A DNA stretch of 63,889 nt, filler included, from Octopus bimaculoides (GCF_001194135.2; 5 parts of 3 records of this genome joined end to end with filler, not necessarily neighbours in it); one strand, 5' to 3'. Counted from the first letter of the whole stretch, positions 1 to 14,391 are shown. Numbers and translations: made by a program. Notes: a model not told the origin generated them from the letters alone.

Positions 1-51
1 TATTTGAGGACATACATTTTTGGGTCATTGCTACATTTTTTGTCTGTATAA

Positions 52-1135
52 ACAGGGTGCCTAAGATATTCGTGGATAGATTAATGTTTTATGAAATAAC
101 AGATAATAACTTTATTTATCAAAAAGTGCTTTGAAGATAACAATAAATTTTTTCTTCAATGATATTCAATAAAGCCACCTTCAGCTTCAACAACTGCTTC
201 TATATGAGATCTAAATCATCTACATGCTCGAATCAAGTGGACCTGGTTTATTTTGGACATTATTGTGACTAAGGCAGCTTTCATAGAATCATTGGTGTTA
301 TGGGCGTTTTCATTGACCTGTCTCTCAACAACGCCCCACATGTAATTGTCCAATGCATTGAGATCTGGGGAATTTGGAGGCCAAATGTTAGGGGTTATGT
401 GATCATGAAAATTTTCAGTCTTCCATTCTTGTGTTACTAAAGCCATGTGTGATAGTGCAGTGTCTTACTGAAACACATTTGGCCTTCCATTGCATACACT
501 GTCTAGACAGCATGACAACTGCAGGAAATTTTGTATGCATAAAACTTGGAACTTAAGAAGGGTCTGCACATAACCATTTGTCATTTCTTCTGTTAACTTT
601 TGATATTGGTCGAAGTTTTTCTCGTTTGAGAAAAACCAAATCAAGCCATTTAGATCTGATATAGTAATTTTCTTTTGATTTTTCTGACAAATTGATCTTT
701 CCTCATGATATAAGGTTTATATCTGATGTCTTCGTGGACATTTCTAACTGTTCCTTCTGACATATGGAGATCTTTCGCAATTGTCCTCATGGACTTTCTG
801 GGATTGTAATCGATGGTCTGTTGAACTTACTGGATAAATTCAGGTGTTCTGATGATTTCAGAGCGTTTAGAATGCTTTTTATGCTTTGATACTGGTGATA
901 TATCTTCAGTCTGTAGCTCCATACAAACTTTGCAGACGAAAGATCTGGCAACTTTTAAAATTCGAGATATTTTTAAATCACTATGATCAGCCTCTATAAT
1001 CACAGTAACAGCATGCCTTTTCATTTCTTGAGTAAGCTGATGGTATGCCATTATTATTATTTGAAACAAAGATTATACAGACAAAAAATGTAGCAATGAC
1101 CCAAAAAATGTATGTCCTCAAATAACTTACGCACG
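52..1135 (-). mobile_element. Decayed Tc1/mariner (maT-like) DNA transposon
   Basis: ORF 216-446 has IWPPNSPDLNALDNYMWG; ORF 827-1069 resembles the N-terminal HTH region; terminal acagggtg near 53-60 matches the end of the copy at 39730. Confidence 0.8.
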
Positions 1136-1138
1136 TTG

Positions 1139-1199
<61 letters not shown>

Positions 1200-1917
1200 A
1201 TGCACATGTAAACACGTAACTATTTATATAGATATGTGCAACTCAGGTATGTATATATGCGTGTATGTGTGTGTTTGTGTGTGTGTATATGTTGGTGTGT
1301 GCAGGCGCCTATGCATATAGGCGCAGGTTTGGCAGTGTGGTAAGAAGCTTGCTTCTTAACCACATTGTTCCAGGTTCAGTCCCACTGCGTGACACCTTGG
1401 GCGTGTGTCTTCTACTATAGCNNNNNNNNNNNNNNNNNNNNNNNNNNNNNNNNNNNNNNNNNNNNNNNNNNNNNNNNNNNNNNNNNNNNNNNNNNNNNNN
1501 NNNNNNNNNNNNNNNNNNNNNNNNNNNNNNNNNNNNNNNNNNNNNNNNNNNNNNNNNNNNNNNNNNNNNNNNNNNNNNNNNNNNNNNNNNNNNNNNNNNN
1601 NNNNNNNNNNNNNNNNNNNNNNNNNNNNNNNNNNNNNNNNNNNNNNNNNNNNNNNNNNNNNNNNNNNNNNNNNNNNNNNNNNNNNNNNNNNNNNNNNNNN
1701 NNNNNNNNNNNNNNNNNNNNNNNNNNNNNNNNNNNNNNNNNNNNNNNNNNNNNNNNNNNNNNNNNNNNNNNNNNNNNNNNNNNNNNNNNNNNNNNNNNNN
1801 NNNNNNNNNNNNNNNNNNNNNNNNNNNNNNNNNNNNNNNNNNNNNNNNNNNNNNNNNNNNNNNNNNNNNNNNNNNNNNNNNNNNNNNNNNNNNNNNNNNN
1901 NNNNNNNNNNNNNNNNA

Positions 1918-1950
<33 letters not shown>

Positions 1951-1951
1951 C

Positions 1952-2146
1952 TTAAAAATGAGGAAGGCCGGTTTATGGGATTACCTTAGATTTCTCGTCC
2001 ATAAAGGGTTTAACTTTATTGCATATCGTCCGACTCCAGAACCTGTTGCTACAGGTTCTGTGATCTGACGATACGCCATAAAGCTACAGCCTTTATGGAC
2101 GGGAAATCTAAGGTAATACCATAAACCGAACTTCTCCATTTTTAAT
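1952..2146. mobile_element. Foldback element with degenerate hammerhead ribozyme motif in each arm
   Basis: Arms 1952-2035 and 2060-2146 are inverted repeats. The right arm reads CTGACGA (2065-2071), stem ccataaag/ctttatgg, GAAA (2103-2106), tctaagGTA. Confidence 0.6.
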
Positions 2147-2399
2147 ATATACTGTTCTACGTTTTAGAGTGTGCTTCTTCGGATATGTTGTGTGTGTTTA
2201 TGTATATATATATATATAAACACACACACCAGAGTAAGCACATAAATGTGAAACAAGGTGGAAAACAGTACTCGAATACTGGAGGTAGAATAATATGCTT
2301 TATTAGTAAAGTATATATATAATTATTAATTTTAGTATATAATTTACCTACAAGGTTACATCTCATGCTGGCCACTCGATATAATCATTAAGATTATTT

Positions 2400-3600
2400 T
2401 ATCCAGATTTCTATTAGAAATAAATGATGAATTATTTTTGCTCTTGATCGAAATTGCATTTCCTGCGAGGCTATTTCGGTTAAAAAACACGCGGCGGAAA
2501 TGAAAAGTAAAAATTTGACTTCATCTGATGCATAAGCACTGATATTTGTATATGAACGTACGCCTTTGCTTAGTATGGCCATGCATAAATATCTGTGACT
2601 ATGTTTCTTTGAATATTGCGCTGAAGATGGGAAATAAGCTATTTTTACTGCTTTAATCCCGGAAGTAGACTCAATACACAATTTACCGTGAAGTTTTATT
2701 TTGTATTTTTCGTTTGCTCGCTCACAACCCGTGTTTTTGTAGGAGATATAACAGCGGCTTTTTAGCGCCTTTGGCGTCTTCTTTCAGCATGTTTGAGAAG
2801 GTTATTTCCTGATCCCTTTAATGTAATTATATGATTACGTATATAATTTACGTACATTAAAACATCGTCGCATAGTGAAAAATCATTTGAATTTGTATTT
2901 TTATTTTGCTTATTTTTCAACATATCTTTCATTCTTGTAATGTAATTATCCTCTGCGAATTTCATTTTTGTATCATGCAGTTCGTGAATAACATCACATA
3001 TAACGTTTTAACTAGTTTTTTTCTTCAATTCAGCTGCTGAGTTATTTTGACTGGTGGGGCAGTCATTTAATTTTTTACAGTACCGGCTTATTGGGAGATC
3101 CCATAAATCAAATAACTACAACCAGTCGGTACCAAATAGATTGGTTGCGTTCTTCACGACAAAAAGTCTTGCCTTACAAGATTTTCTTTGAAATGTGACG
3201 TCATTCCACATTTCGTCTACTAAGTGTAGTTTGTCACCCGTTACGCCACGTGCAGTTTTCGCTGTTTTTCTTAACATACGTTTCCCCATTTTCTTACCTG
3301 TGTCGGTGTTCATGGCTGAAATATCACTACCAGTATCCAGTTGTATTTAATGTTAATTATTTTACTCCGTTTAATTTTACGTGTACAAATTTCCTTATCT
3401 GAGTGTCGATTTTACTTTCTGCTGAGAGCACTTTACATTTTTTACATTCGACGACCTTCGTACTTTTGTTCTGCAGTATGAACGCTTGTGTCCAAACTTT
3501 TTACAGCTGTTCCAATTTTGGTTTTTAAAAGAACAATCTTTTCTGAAACGTAGGCCTCCACATCCGTAACATGGATTAGGACCTAGCAGTCTTCTTTGGT
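2400..3600 (-). mobile_element. Ty3/gypsy LTR retrotransposon remnant (gag zinc knuckle, protease, integrase-proximal fragments)
   Basis: NPCYGCGG..RKDC..K..NSCKKFGHKRSYC knuckles; protease C-terminus KARLFVVKNATNLFGTDWL; FSLCDDVLMY resembles the pre-integrase region. No RT is visible. Confidence 0.65.
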
Positions 3601-3623
3601 TATACTTTCTCGGTCGACATATA

Positions 3624-3808
3624 CTCTTTACTCTTTTACTTGTTTCAAGTCTTTTGACTGTGGCCATGCTAGAGCACCGCCTTTAGTCAAGCAAATCGAC
3701 CCCAGGACTTATTCTTTAGAAGCCTAGTACTTATTCTATCGATCTCTTTTGCCGAACCGCTAAGTTACGGGGACATAAACACACCAGCATCGGTTGTCAA
3801 GCGATGTT

Positions 3809-3895
<87 letters not shown>

Positions 3896-4022
3896 CACAT
3901 ATATACGACGGGCTTCTTTCAGTTTCCGTCTACCAAATCCACTCACAAGGCTTTGGTCGGCCCGAGGGTATAGTAGAAGACACTTGCCCAAGGTGCCACG
4001 CAGTGGGACTGAACCCGGGACC
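3624..4022 (-). mobile_element. tRNA-derived SINE family A with internal (TA)/(TG) microsatellite
   Basis: Same family at 1320-1421 (+), 25236-25568 (+), 29215-29430 (+), 37067-37206 (+), 44020-44057 (+) and 57133-57552 (+). B-box-like gggttcagtcc. Confidence 0.85.
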
Positions 4023-4024
4023 AT

Positions 4025-5870
4025 CTGTATCTGTATTTTTGCGAAATCCTTTTCTTGAATTCTTCTTACGTCTTGTTTCAGGTTCACCATCCTTTAACAC
4101 TCTTCTGCAACAGTCTGCAGAATTAAATTTTGGTTCGCTCGTTCAAGTTTTGAAACAATTTTGCCCGTTTTTCTGTATCTTCATTTTCTGTAAGTTCTTT
4201 AAGTTTAAAACTTTCACATATTCTGTTAACATTCTCTTTTAAAACATGTCTCTGTTGTTGTTAACCAAGGGTTCCAATTCCTCGTACTCCACTACTGATG
4301 GTAAATTGTCGAATTCTATCTCAACACCTAAAGGGTCTATATCATTTCCGAACAGTTTCTTCAGTCTGCCATGTCTCTCTTTATCAATTACTATTCCTTT
4401 GATATGTTCTGGATATTTCTCTGATGGCGACTTAATTCTTATGACCGATTAAAATTTTGTGATCTTTCGTTCGATTGCAGTGCTTTTGACATATGTGATC
4501 ATATGCTACTTTTTCTTTTTCTCTTTTACATTTGTTTGTTTCAGCGACAGACCTGGGCTGTCCGCGCGAGTCTTCCCTCTTGGTTCCTCTTTTGGTGTAC
4601 TAACAAAATCCTCAATGTCTATGTCCTCCACTATGCGTTGCAATGCTGCTTCTGCTTCCACGCTACATTCTACTGTTGATGCAGCTTCTTTTCACCTTTT
4701 TCTCTATCACCTTTATCCTTTTCTGGCTCTCTGGTGGAGAGCTCACACACTTTTTCCTTTTCCTCCTATTCACGACAGTGAATGATTCATCTTTGTCTTT
4801 CTCTCCTTCCGGTACCGCCACCTCGGCAGTTTGTCCTTCACATTGTTGTTCCTGCCCCTCCTCTTTGTCTTCTTTCTGGGGGCACCTTGCTTTCATGTGC
4901 CCCTTTTGTCCGCATGAGAAACATGTTGGTGGTCTACCCTTCCACCACCACTCTTAGCATAACGTCTTCCGGTAAAATAATCTCTTCTGTGATCTCGTGC
5001 AAGTCTTTGAGGCTCACTTGTATTTCCATCTCGAGGCCATACCCCCACCAATTAACCTTTTTTAGTTCTCATAATTTTCAATATTTTGGCCTCGTATTCC
5101 ATTCTGTGCATGACCGCTGCCACCAGCCATACTTCCTTAATCTCGAGGGTCACTCTGCCGATTCTTACTTTGGCGACGCATTTACCACAGTAACTCGGCA
5201 GAAGTACCCATTCCTGTGTCCTTATCGTCACAGTGGAGTGGTTTATGACTTCCTCTTCGTTGGCGAACCTAACCTCCACTGTGCTATACTTCATTCCTCG
5301 CGTGTAAAACGTGGTCAGTCCTTTTATGTCTTTGAAACATTCCTCTAATTCCTCTATTGAGGCATTCTCTATCTTTTTCGAAGAGGTAGACAATGTCCTA
5401 TAGACAACTGTTTTCTTCGCCACATTATTAGTCAATTCCTCTGGTGGGGTCAGTCTCAAACTGGCTCCTTCCTTTTCTATCAATTTAGTTCCCTATCTCC
5501 ACTTTCTGGGCTCTACTTTAATCTCTCGCACTTCTAGGGTGTTGGCATTTAATCCTTTTGTCGTAGCTGATGCATAACTTCCAAGTGGTTCCTGTTCCAT
5601 CTCTCCTCTCTTCTCCACTTCACCCATAAATGGGGAAGAAACAAATAGAAAAACAGGCAAAACAGCGACAAAAATTCAAATTCAACAAATTTAACAACTC
5701 CAGGTTCACCACCACAAGGAGACCTTCACCAATATATAATAACACCACTTTCTTCCACGGAATCATAAGGATTTAACACACAACTCTGAAAAAACTTGAA
5801 TTAACACAAAAACTTCACTCCGACCGCTACTATTTATAATTGCTTGGTCCAGTCTATTTTTCGCAAGGGA
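4025..5870 (-). mobile_element. Non-LTR retrotransposon 5' part (ORF1 with CCHC knuckle), frameshifted
   Basis: ORF 5052-5483 continues through frameshifts into VVVEG-RPPTCFSCGQKGHMKARC and an acidic/basic tail. A 5' UTR-like region precedes it. ORF2 is absent. Confidence 0.6.
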
Positions 5871-6830
5871 GCGTCGTGACTCTCATAGACATACGTATTT
5901 ATATACAGAAGTAGAAAGACAGACAAAGGAGGCTACGAGGCGTAAGGAGTAAATTTAAATGAAAAGTTGCGCAAGATTTACAGTGACCAGAATGTAGAAT
6001 GACTGGAAGTGAAAGGAAAAAAAGTATGTTTCAAACTTGAAAAAACAATAAGTGTGATACCCGTGAGTCAGTGCGTACGTTTATGTTAGTCTATGTGTAT
6101 GGATGTCCGTAGGCTGTTGTTATGCATATATGTGTGTTTCTCCCAGTTTCAGTTCGTATATTGTGAAAATTATATCTATGGAATATGTATGGATGTCTTA
6201 GTACAATGTGCATACGCCGAAGCTTGTCTTTATGAGCTGCTTTTGGATTCATATTGTGTGAATTAGTTATGATGGTGTTATGGGTTGTGTGTGTATATGT
6301 ACGTATGCAGTATTTTGGGCGCGTGTGTTGCGTCTTAGTGATTGTTTTAGAAAACCTGCAAAGATTTAAAAGCAATACCTCTCGTCTTCTGATTAATAAC
6401 TAAATTTATGTGCTATGTGTGTTTGCGTGTGTGTATGTGCATAGATATGTAATTGGTTTCTAACAACATTTTGGAAATTCTTCTGCCTTATATGATAGGG
6501 AACAGCACTTGAAAAATTCTTGCCAACCTCCGCCCCAATAAAAAAATAACGACAGCGAAGAAGAATGCACGAAAATATATTGAAAGAAGCACCAAGAACA
6601 AAATGTATACCAATTCACGTCTACAATGAAGAGAAACCATAATAAAACTCTGAAGAATCTAAACGTAATAACTACTGAACAATTGAAATGGTTATAACAC
6701 ATATAAATCATCTGGCACACACAAAGCACAAGTAATAAAGAAACTTGACAATGAAATCAATGAAAGCTGAATAAGAAACTAAGCAAGGATACTTATCTAA
6801 AAAATGAAACGAAGCAAATATACATTAAAC

Positions 6831-6877
<47 letters not shown>

Positions 6878-6945
6878 NNNNNNNNNNNNNNNNNNNNNNN
6901 NNNNNNNNNNNNNNNNNNNNNNNNNNNNNNNNNNNNNNNNNNNNN

Positions 6946-6983
<38 letters not shown>

Positions 6984-8417
6984 TTGTACATATAAAAAGT
7001 TAGATATTATTTTATCCCTTACACAAGTACGATAAATGGGATCAATGTTTGATCTTTATTGATCTTTTGCGATATCGCTGATCACTTGAATATCAATATG
7101 ATTGACTGCAAGGAAAGGGAAATTGAGGTCATGGCGTTCATATCTATTTCTGTAGCGTCAGTGATGTGAAATAAATCAGACTCGAACTCGTGAATCGGGA
7201 TCAGTTCTCAGAGATATAGCTAATATTCAAAACACAAATACAAAAATGGATCCAAATATCATTGATCAAGACTAAAAATAAGCATAAAAAAGTTCATCGG
7301 CTCTAAACAAGCACACAACATTAGTAGAAGTAGATTAAATTAAAGAAATGAATGACATAATATCTTAAAGTTGGAGAAACCCTAGAGAAAAAATATTACA
7401 TTTAAGAAAATAAAGCAATTGCAGGAAAAAAATATTTTTAAATATTAGGCTGTGAGTGAGATAAAGAAACAAAAAATCAGAAAATAACACAATAAAAATA
7501 TGAGAATGTGAATAAAAAAATATAAATGTTTTCAATGAAAACATAAAATATCTCAAATATTTGATTTGTCTACGTTTTGGGCAATTATAATTTCAAACAT
7601 AAAAATATTCTACATATTTTGTTTCCAATGTTATCAAATGGAAGATATTTAGTCTTATCTAACCGAATTCCATGTTTGTTTCGATAATATAAAACAGAAA
7701 TACATTTGAAAGATAATTTAGCAAGGAGAGACGGTTGATTTAAGTGTGTTAGTGAAGTACGTTCGACGTTTTCCTGTTTTTTCTTTGTTTACGCGTTTAT
7801 AAGACGTGTTGAAAAACTTTTTAATCGCTTACCTTCTCATTGTTTGATTGTATATCTGAAGATGTTCTTATACTTTGGTTAAATGTGACGGATACAGTTG
7901 AGGAAAATTGAAACGAATGTGTCAAATCTCTCTTACTAATATTATTGACCCTTTTCAGAGAGTCAACGAAAAGAAAACAGACGCAATTTTTGCTCCCTAT
8001 CTACCAAGGATTCAAAGCCTTGCAAATAACTTTTTTCTATCATTACTATCGAGTAGATTTCTTCATTGGATAAGAAAAATACTCACCTGGTAGTGGATGG
8101 TTGTGATGAATTTAATGCTCAATGGACATGTTGAACACGATTAATCTTAGGCAGATAGTAATTAGATCCTTCATCATGCCGATTAGGAAATAAACTAAAA
8201 CACTTAGAAGCGATGTTGGAGTGAGGTAGTGGCTTCTCAAGACCTACAGGTAGAGTTCAACTCGACACTGTAAGTTAACGAATCAGTGTAGCAATGTTGG
8301 CATTGAAATAGTGAAACGCTGTTACTCGAAGTTACAAGTGAATAACTACATAGCCATATAAAACGTCTTCGTTATTCAGCCGACATCGTTTTCTTCTCTT
8401 CCTTCCTCCCTCATTAC

Positions 8418-8501
8418 CTTCTTCTTCTTCTTCTTCTTCTTCTTCTTCTTCTTCTTCTTCTTCTTCTTCTTCTTCTTCTTCTTCTTCTTCTTCTTCTTCT
8501 T
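8418..8501 (+). repeat. (CTT)n microsatellite
   Basis: Direct reading; a similar tract lies at 52646-52750. Confidence 0.95.
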
Positions 8502-10415
8502 TTCCATCATCCTTTTCAAAACCACCACTTCCTACACCAATTTTACTTTATACTTTTTCTCATTCTATTGCAGATTGTTCTGTTTACCACATCATGCCTC
8601 ATGGGAAGGTAATATATGGAAGACATTCACATTCGGGAATGATATAGATGATGTTGTTGTTTCTGGTTTTACATATTTAGAATTCGTTGCCAGCTGATGA
8701 TTCCGTAGAGTTTCATCCTTTTCGATTGTATAAAGGCGACCTTTAAGAGGAAATATTATAAACTTGTCGGGGTTTCATATGAGGTTTTTAGTGTGGTTGA
8801 TTCTCTTTATGGTATATGGTTTTTGTTTCAAGAATACTCAGCGAACTGACATGTATTTTATTAACAGCTTCTAACATTTAAATATTGGCACTTACGTCAC
8901 TCAACCACCTGTTACTACAAAAGTTGATAAGGCTTCTACTTTTAGTTCTCATCTTATTTTTTGTCTTCAAACATCAATGAAGACGAGGTTGTCTTGGAAT
9001 CACAAACAAACGGCAAACGTTGTTTTGTAGTAGGTTTTTGTGTTTACATGTGTGTATATATGAACAGATTTATATACTAAACTAGAATGTTCTACAATTT
9101 TCACAGTTCCATTAATGATTTATAATTTTGATTTTGTTCCCATGATCATTGTCATCGTCATCCTCGTCACCCTCCTCCTCATCATATTGATCATCAACTT
9201 ATCTGCTTTTTCTAAAATTAGGCTTGAATGGATTTTAATTACCAATCGGCTGTTGGTGTGGTAGAGAGGGTAAAGGATAAGAGTGTAGTTATATATTTTT
9301 ATGTGTAGAGAATACTTATGATGCTCTAAGTACTGAGTTAAAATTCCAGCTGAGTGGAACTTGGTTTCCTTTCGTCTAGAGGCAATGCCAACTGCATTTT
9401 AAATCCAGCTCAGCTCTGCTTATGGAACCTACCAACATAGCTTTCCTATATGGATCAACTCACCTTAGTTATTTACTTGGGACTTTGTCCAATCCGTGCT
9501 TTTTTCCAGGACGGTACAATGTGATTTGAAGAATTTAGATGCTATTTCTAGCACTTAGGGCAAATCATCGTTATAGCTACTTCGATAACTCGTACTAGTA
9601 ACATTTTGGGTCAGTTCAATCGTCTATAACTTTTTATAAAGTCTGTAACTTACTCCGCAAGTTGGAAATGAAAAGCTAGTCAACGAGGGACACTTCTGTG
9701 GGAACTAAACTAAAAGAACAGATAATGATGGCCGATATAGTAGTTTAGCAGCAGTGGTGGTAGTAGCAGCAGTATGATTAATTGTAATAGCAGTAGTAAT
9801 AGTATTAACTGTCGTAGTAGTAGAATTAGTAGTAAATATTTCGTAGCAGTAGTAAAAGCATCATCAATAGCTGTTGCAGCAGCAGCAGTAGTAGAAGTAG
9901 TAGTGAAAATTATTGCAGAAGATGAAATGAAAATTAAGAGAATAAGATGAAATTAAAAAAAATACAAGAGAATAACTTGTAAGTATAGTGAGAGTTGCCA
10001 TGACAATAGACAAAGGAGAAGGGGGAGGGAGAGAAGGAGATAGACTATGAGAAAAAAGAACAAGAGAAGAAAGTAGCTAATACAATTGATGATAAAGTAG
10101 AAGAAAAGGAAGAAAATGAAGATAACGAAGGTGAAGGATATGAGGATTAAGAAGAAGAAATTAAAATGGAAGATGTAATTGTAAAGACAACTATTTAAAG
10201 GTAATCTGTTGTGATTTATAGCTTTTTCTCAATGTCATTCAAATTATCATTGATAAAGACCGTAAACCAATTTGACAGAAATGAAGGAACGTTTTACTTA
10301 CTTTCTCTTCTAAGAGTTCAGTTTTGGAAAAGGAAGACAGAACAATAATATCACTGCTTCAGAATGGTCTCTGTCCGTCTATCTGTAACTCTGTGTTTCC
10401 TTGTTCATGTATGCA

Positions 10416-10446
<31 letters not shown>

Positions 10447-10599
10447 ATGTATGTATGTATGTATGTATGTATGTATGTATGTATGTATCTATGTGTGTAT
10501 GTATGCATGTATGTATATGTGCCTCTGTGTGTGTCTGCGCGTATGATAGTGTTTTTTATACTATTTACAAACTAAAACCATGAAATATGACATTCTCCG

Positions 10600-11330
10600 A
10601 AACTTGAAGTTCCATTTCTCTTTAATGATCTCCAAACAACTTCTCTAAAACAAGATCTACTGGATACCTGTTCCCAACATGTTACAAGTGGACTCTCACC
10701 CAAAAGAAATTTGAGGAAAGTCATATTATTGCCCTTATTATCAGCAAAGCTTTCGACTGTGTCTGACACAGGAAACTCCTTATGAACTCCATCCATCTTT
10801 CGTCTCCTGGATCTTTAGTTTTCTCTTAGATCGTATCATTGTTATCTGTGCTGATACTGCTTTTTCTGCCACACACACTGTATCAACTCTGATATGCTTG
10901 AGTGTTCAGTTCTGTCCATCACACTCTTCCTCCTGTAAATTAATGACCTACTTCTCCCCTCTAGCAATACTCTCTATTATATAGTTTGTATCTCCCTTCA
11001 TTTCTTTTTAACATTTTGAATCCAAGCAACTTGGCTTCTCGCGCCAGACCTGAACTGATTCCGTAAACGTTCCCGAAATCATCCTTGAATGGTATCATGT
11101 TATTTTTGTTTCTTTCGGCAGCCAGAAGACTACAAGTACGACTGATATCAAGAAAGCATCGTCGCACCGAAAAGTCTGATTTGTTGCAACAGTCAACTAG
11201 AGATCTCACCATCGTTTCAAAAGGTTATACCTCGTTATGGACTGGTGCTTCTTGTGCCTACACTTGAGTGTCAGAAAACACTGCCGCCATAACAGATTAA
11301 AATACAGAATTGCTTCTCATCTGCATGCTG
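10600..11330 (+). mobile_element. CR1/L2-like LINE reverse transcriptase fragment
   Basis: Plus-strand translation IALIISKAFDCV*HRKLL and SFVSWIFSFLLDR matches RT motifs such as LDISKAFDRVWH; multiple stops and frameshifts. Confidence 0.65.
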
Positions 11331-11415
11331 CACATGTAGGTATCCCACATCGCAACCAAAGACAGATAACTCAACTGATTGATATGAAACCACTCATAAA
11401 CACGATCCAGCCTGT

Positions 11416-11497
<82 letters not shown>

Positions 11498-13992
11498 ACC
11501 CACACACAAACATACACACATAAAATGAAATATAGGGGAAATTATCCAGGTGGGTACTGTACGAACATTCAATTATAACTCGGGTTCAGGCTACCCCATC
11601 AAGTCTTAGGGAGTACCTAGGATTTTTTAGGGTGACCAATCCCACTTTAATTCATCCGATGGGTAAATCCTGTGATCGCTTCCCTGGATTATGAGTATTT
11701 CGGGAGGATAAATCCATGACAATTACAATAAATACGGAAATTGGTACATCTGCATATTTTAAAATTATTTCTAGAATCAATTATGCAACATATTTGGTTT
11801 AAATCTGACCGACGCACGTTTCTACTACTTAGAGAAATAGCAATTGAATTTGTATTCAGCTATTTTCGACTATGTGAATTTATTCAAGGTCTGAAGCGAA
11901 ATTAGTGGATGTATGCGTGGCTAACGAATACATACGTGGCAAGGTTACTATGGTTTATAAGAGAAAAGAATGTGAGGGGATGATTTAGAAACTTGATATA
12001 GCTATGAAAATTACTATGCGGTTGACCTCATCTCGACCTTAGGTTTAAGGTCGAAAGGAGATTCCTAGGCCTTTAAGTAGGTCAAAGTGTATTTTTTCAA
12101 TTCTAATCTTTGGTGAAAAATCTATTTCCCCGGAATATTAGAAGCTATTTGCCGACCGAATACTGCATTATACCACAATGTAGCCCTCAAATTATTAATT
12201 CTTTTGTGGATGTCTCTGTTATTACTGGGAGTTGGTGTGAGAGCAAATCGTTTTACTAAGGGGTTTACCCACGGAGTTATTACTATCCTTGTTTGAATTA
12301 GCCGTACCCGGTATATTCCTATTTCTAGGGGTCTTGTTCTTACCTGGCCTAGTATTGCTTAGGCTATTATTTTTCTTTATCGTATTTGTCATTATTATTG
12401 CTTACGTTGCCCACTTTGCTGTTAATTCCGCTATTGCTATTGTGGGCACTTCTGGTTTCGCTATACACCCAAGAGGCTTTTTCGAGTTACTATTACTTTT
12501 CCTTGTGTCATCAACTACTATGTATTGTGCTCTATTTATACTTGCATTCATTCTAGTTTGGTTCTCAAGGTTGTATACTAATCAAACTCTATAGCCTGCT
12601 TCTAGCGCATTAATCTAACCAATTTAAACTTTCAGGTTAAGAAAATAGTGGAAAAGTTAAATTTAGAGGACAGAACTGACCCGTACCTACTAGAACCCAT
12701 CGAATTAACCTGTTTATAACCATTTGTACTTTTTATGTGTCTTTCTCTTCCTTTTTTCATTGAGTACAAAATTAGGGCGTAATTAATATAATTTATATGA
12801 ACTAATTTAAAACTGATAGTTTTAAAAAATTTCCTGAAGCGTACCTCCAGCTTTATGTCACTAGATATGATACTTTCCATAAATTGTTGTGCTCCCAATT
12901 TCGTTTTTGCATTTAATGGTATCGGTCACAAAAGAGGTGGTAAAATAGACGCGCACGGTGGAGAGAGTAATGAGGAAAGAGAGAAGGATAAACTGAAGAA
13001 GTAAAGGTAACAGCAGAAGAAGACGAAATGAGAGAAGTAGTGGTGGTGGTGGTACTTTATATACACGGCATCCGTTTAGAAAAATATATATGAAAAAATT
13101 AACTCCAGGGTCTGGTTACCTAGAAATAAATCGATATTTTCGTTCATACGTTACTCAGTAGATAAAAAATAATTAAAAAATAACGCCATTATATTAAGAA
13201 ATATATGATTTTGAGCAGTGAAGATGTTTTTTTTTTATTAATAACCTATTTGCTTGCAACTCATAAATTTGTTTGATATGAGTTTGCGAGCTGGTAATCG
13301 TACATTTCGGTCATATATCTTCAATTTGATTTCTGCCATGGATACAGTTATATGGTTTCAGCAGATATTTTAGACATTTCTTATTTAAAAAAATGGAAGA
13401 TACCTACTTTACTAAACTTGAACACACACACGCACATACACACAGACAGACAGACAGACAGACACATACACACATCGGCGCGCACACAACGGAAGTGTTT
13501 TATGTGTTTGTACTATTTGTAAGTCGTAATTCGTATGCGTTTTATGTGCGTAAGGTGTGTGTAGCTGAATACATATACGTATATATCTCAATATATGTAC
13601 GTAATGTAGTATGTATGTATGTATGTATGTATGTATGTATGTATGTATGTATGTAGATAAGAAGATACGGGCGCTCGTACGCATACGCATTATGCAACAA
13701 ATATATACTTCTTCACATATGTCTGATATCTTTTTTCTAATATATCCAGTATATCTGAAACTATCTACATACGAAATTACTTTTAGACATAGATCTTCAC
13801 CAATACATTCCCATTTGTATAATATATGGCTATTTAAATATGTGCTTGCATGTCATTAAATGTGCTTAAACCAAATACAAACCAATATACCTTTTGCAGA
13901 GCATTGCAGAAAATAGAAAAAAAGTTATTCAAATTCTTTAAATTGCATCACCTTCTTAAAATAAATGTTGCATGGAATTCTCAAAGTTAGTA

Positions 13993-14023
<31 letters not shown>

Positions 14024-14029
14024 TAAGGA

Positions 14030-14391
14030 GGGTATTGGATTTAACCAAACCCAAAGATACAGGTAATACCGAGTAAGTGCTGTATACCTGCTAGTTATGC
14101 CCCAATCGTTGTATGAATAGGATTGGGGATTATAAGTCGTGTATTAGCGTGTGTATGTATAAATATATAAAAGGATAAAGAGAACAATGGTAAAGTTAGA
14201 AATATATTTTATGGATAGAATCTCACAGCTGTTTCAGAGAAGATCCAATGCATCCCTTCATCGGAGACAGAAATAGTAAAGGAATCGATTATTATATCTA
14301 TAAGCGGAGAGTTATAGAATGAAGTGAGAGTGAGTGTGTTGCGCTGAAAAAAGAAAGAAAGAACAGTACTTGGAGTGTAGCTCCTATATAT
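14030..14391 (-). mobile_element. Penelope pLTR-like segment with degenerate minimal hammerhead (14219-14268)
   Basis: Minus strand reads gtct-CCGATGA-aggga...tct-GAAA-CAGCTG-TG-agat. Confidence 0.45.

Noticed and set aside
1309-1989. ORFs of 120-220 aa containing X runs (also near 14.4, 26.2, 31.8, 33.8, 36.7, 38.4 and 44.1 kb)
   Set aside because: They are open only because they cross N gaps.
8081-8200. Perfect minus-strand donor CAG|GTGAGT at 8087/8086
   Set aside because: All frames from the upstream acceptors hit stops or give only a few residues, with no kinase similarity; cannot be supported as an exon.
10572-11212. Minus-strand ORFs that look coding
   Set aside because: They are the antisense of a CR1-like RT remnant on the plus strand.
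12289-12898. ORFs of 101 aa (+) and 88 aa (-)
   Set aside because: No recognisable motif or splice context; probably old repeat sequence.
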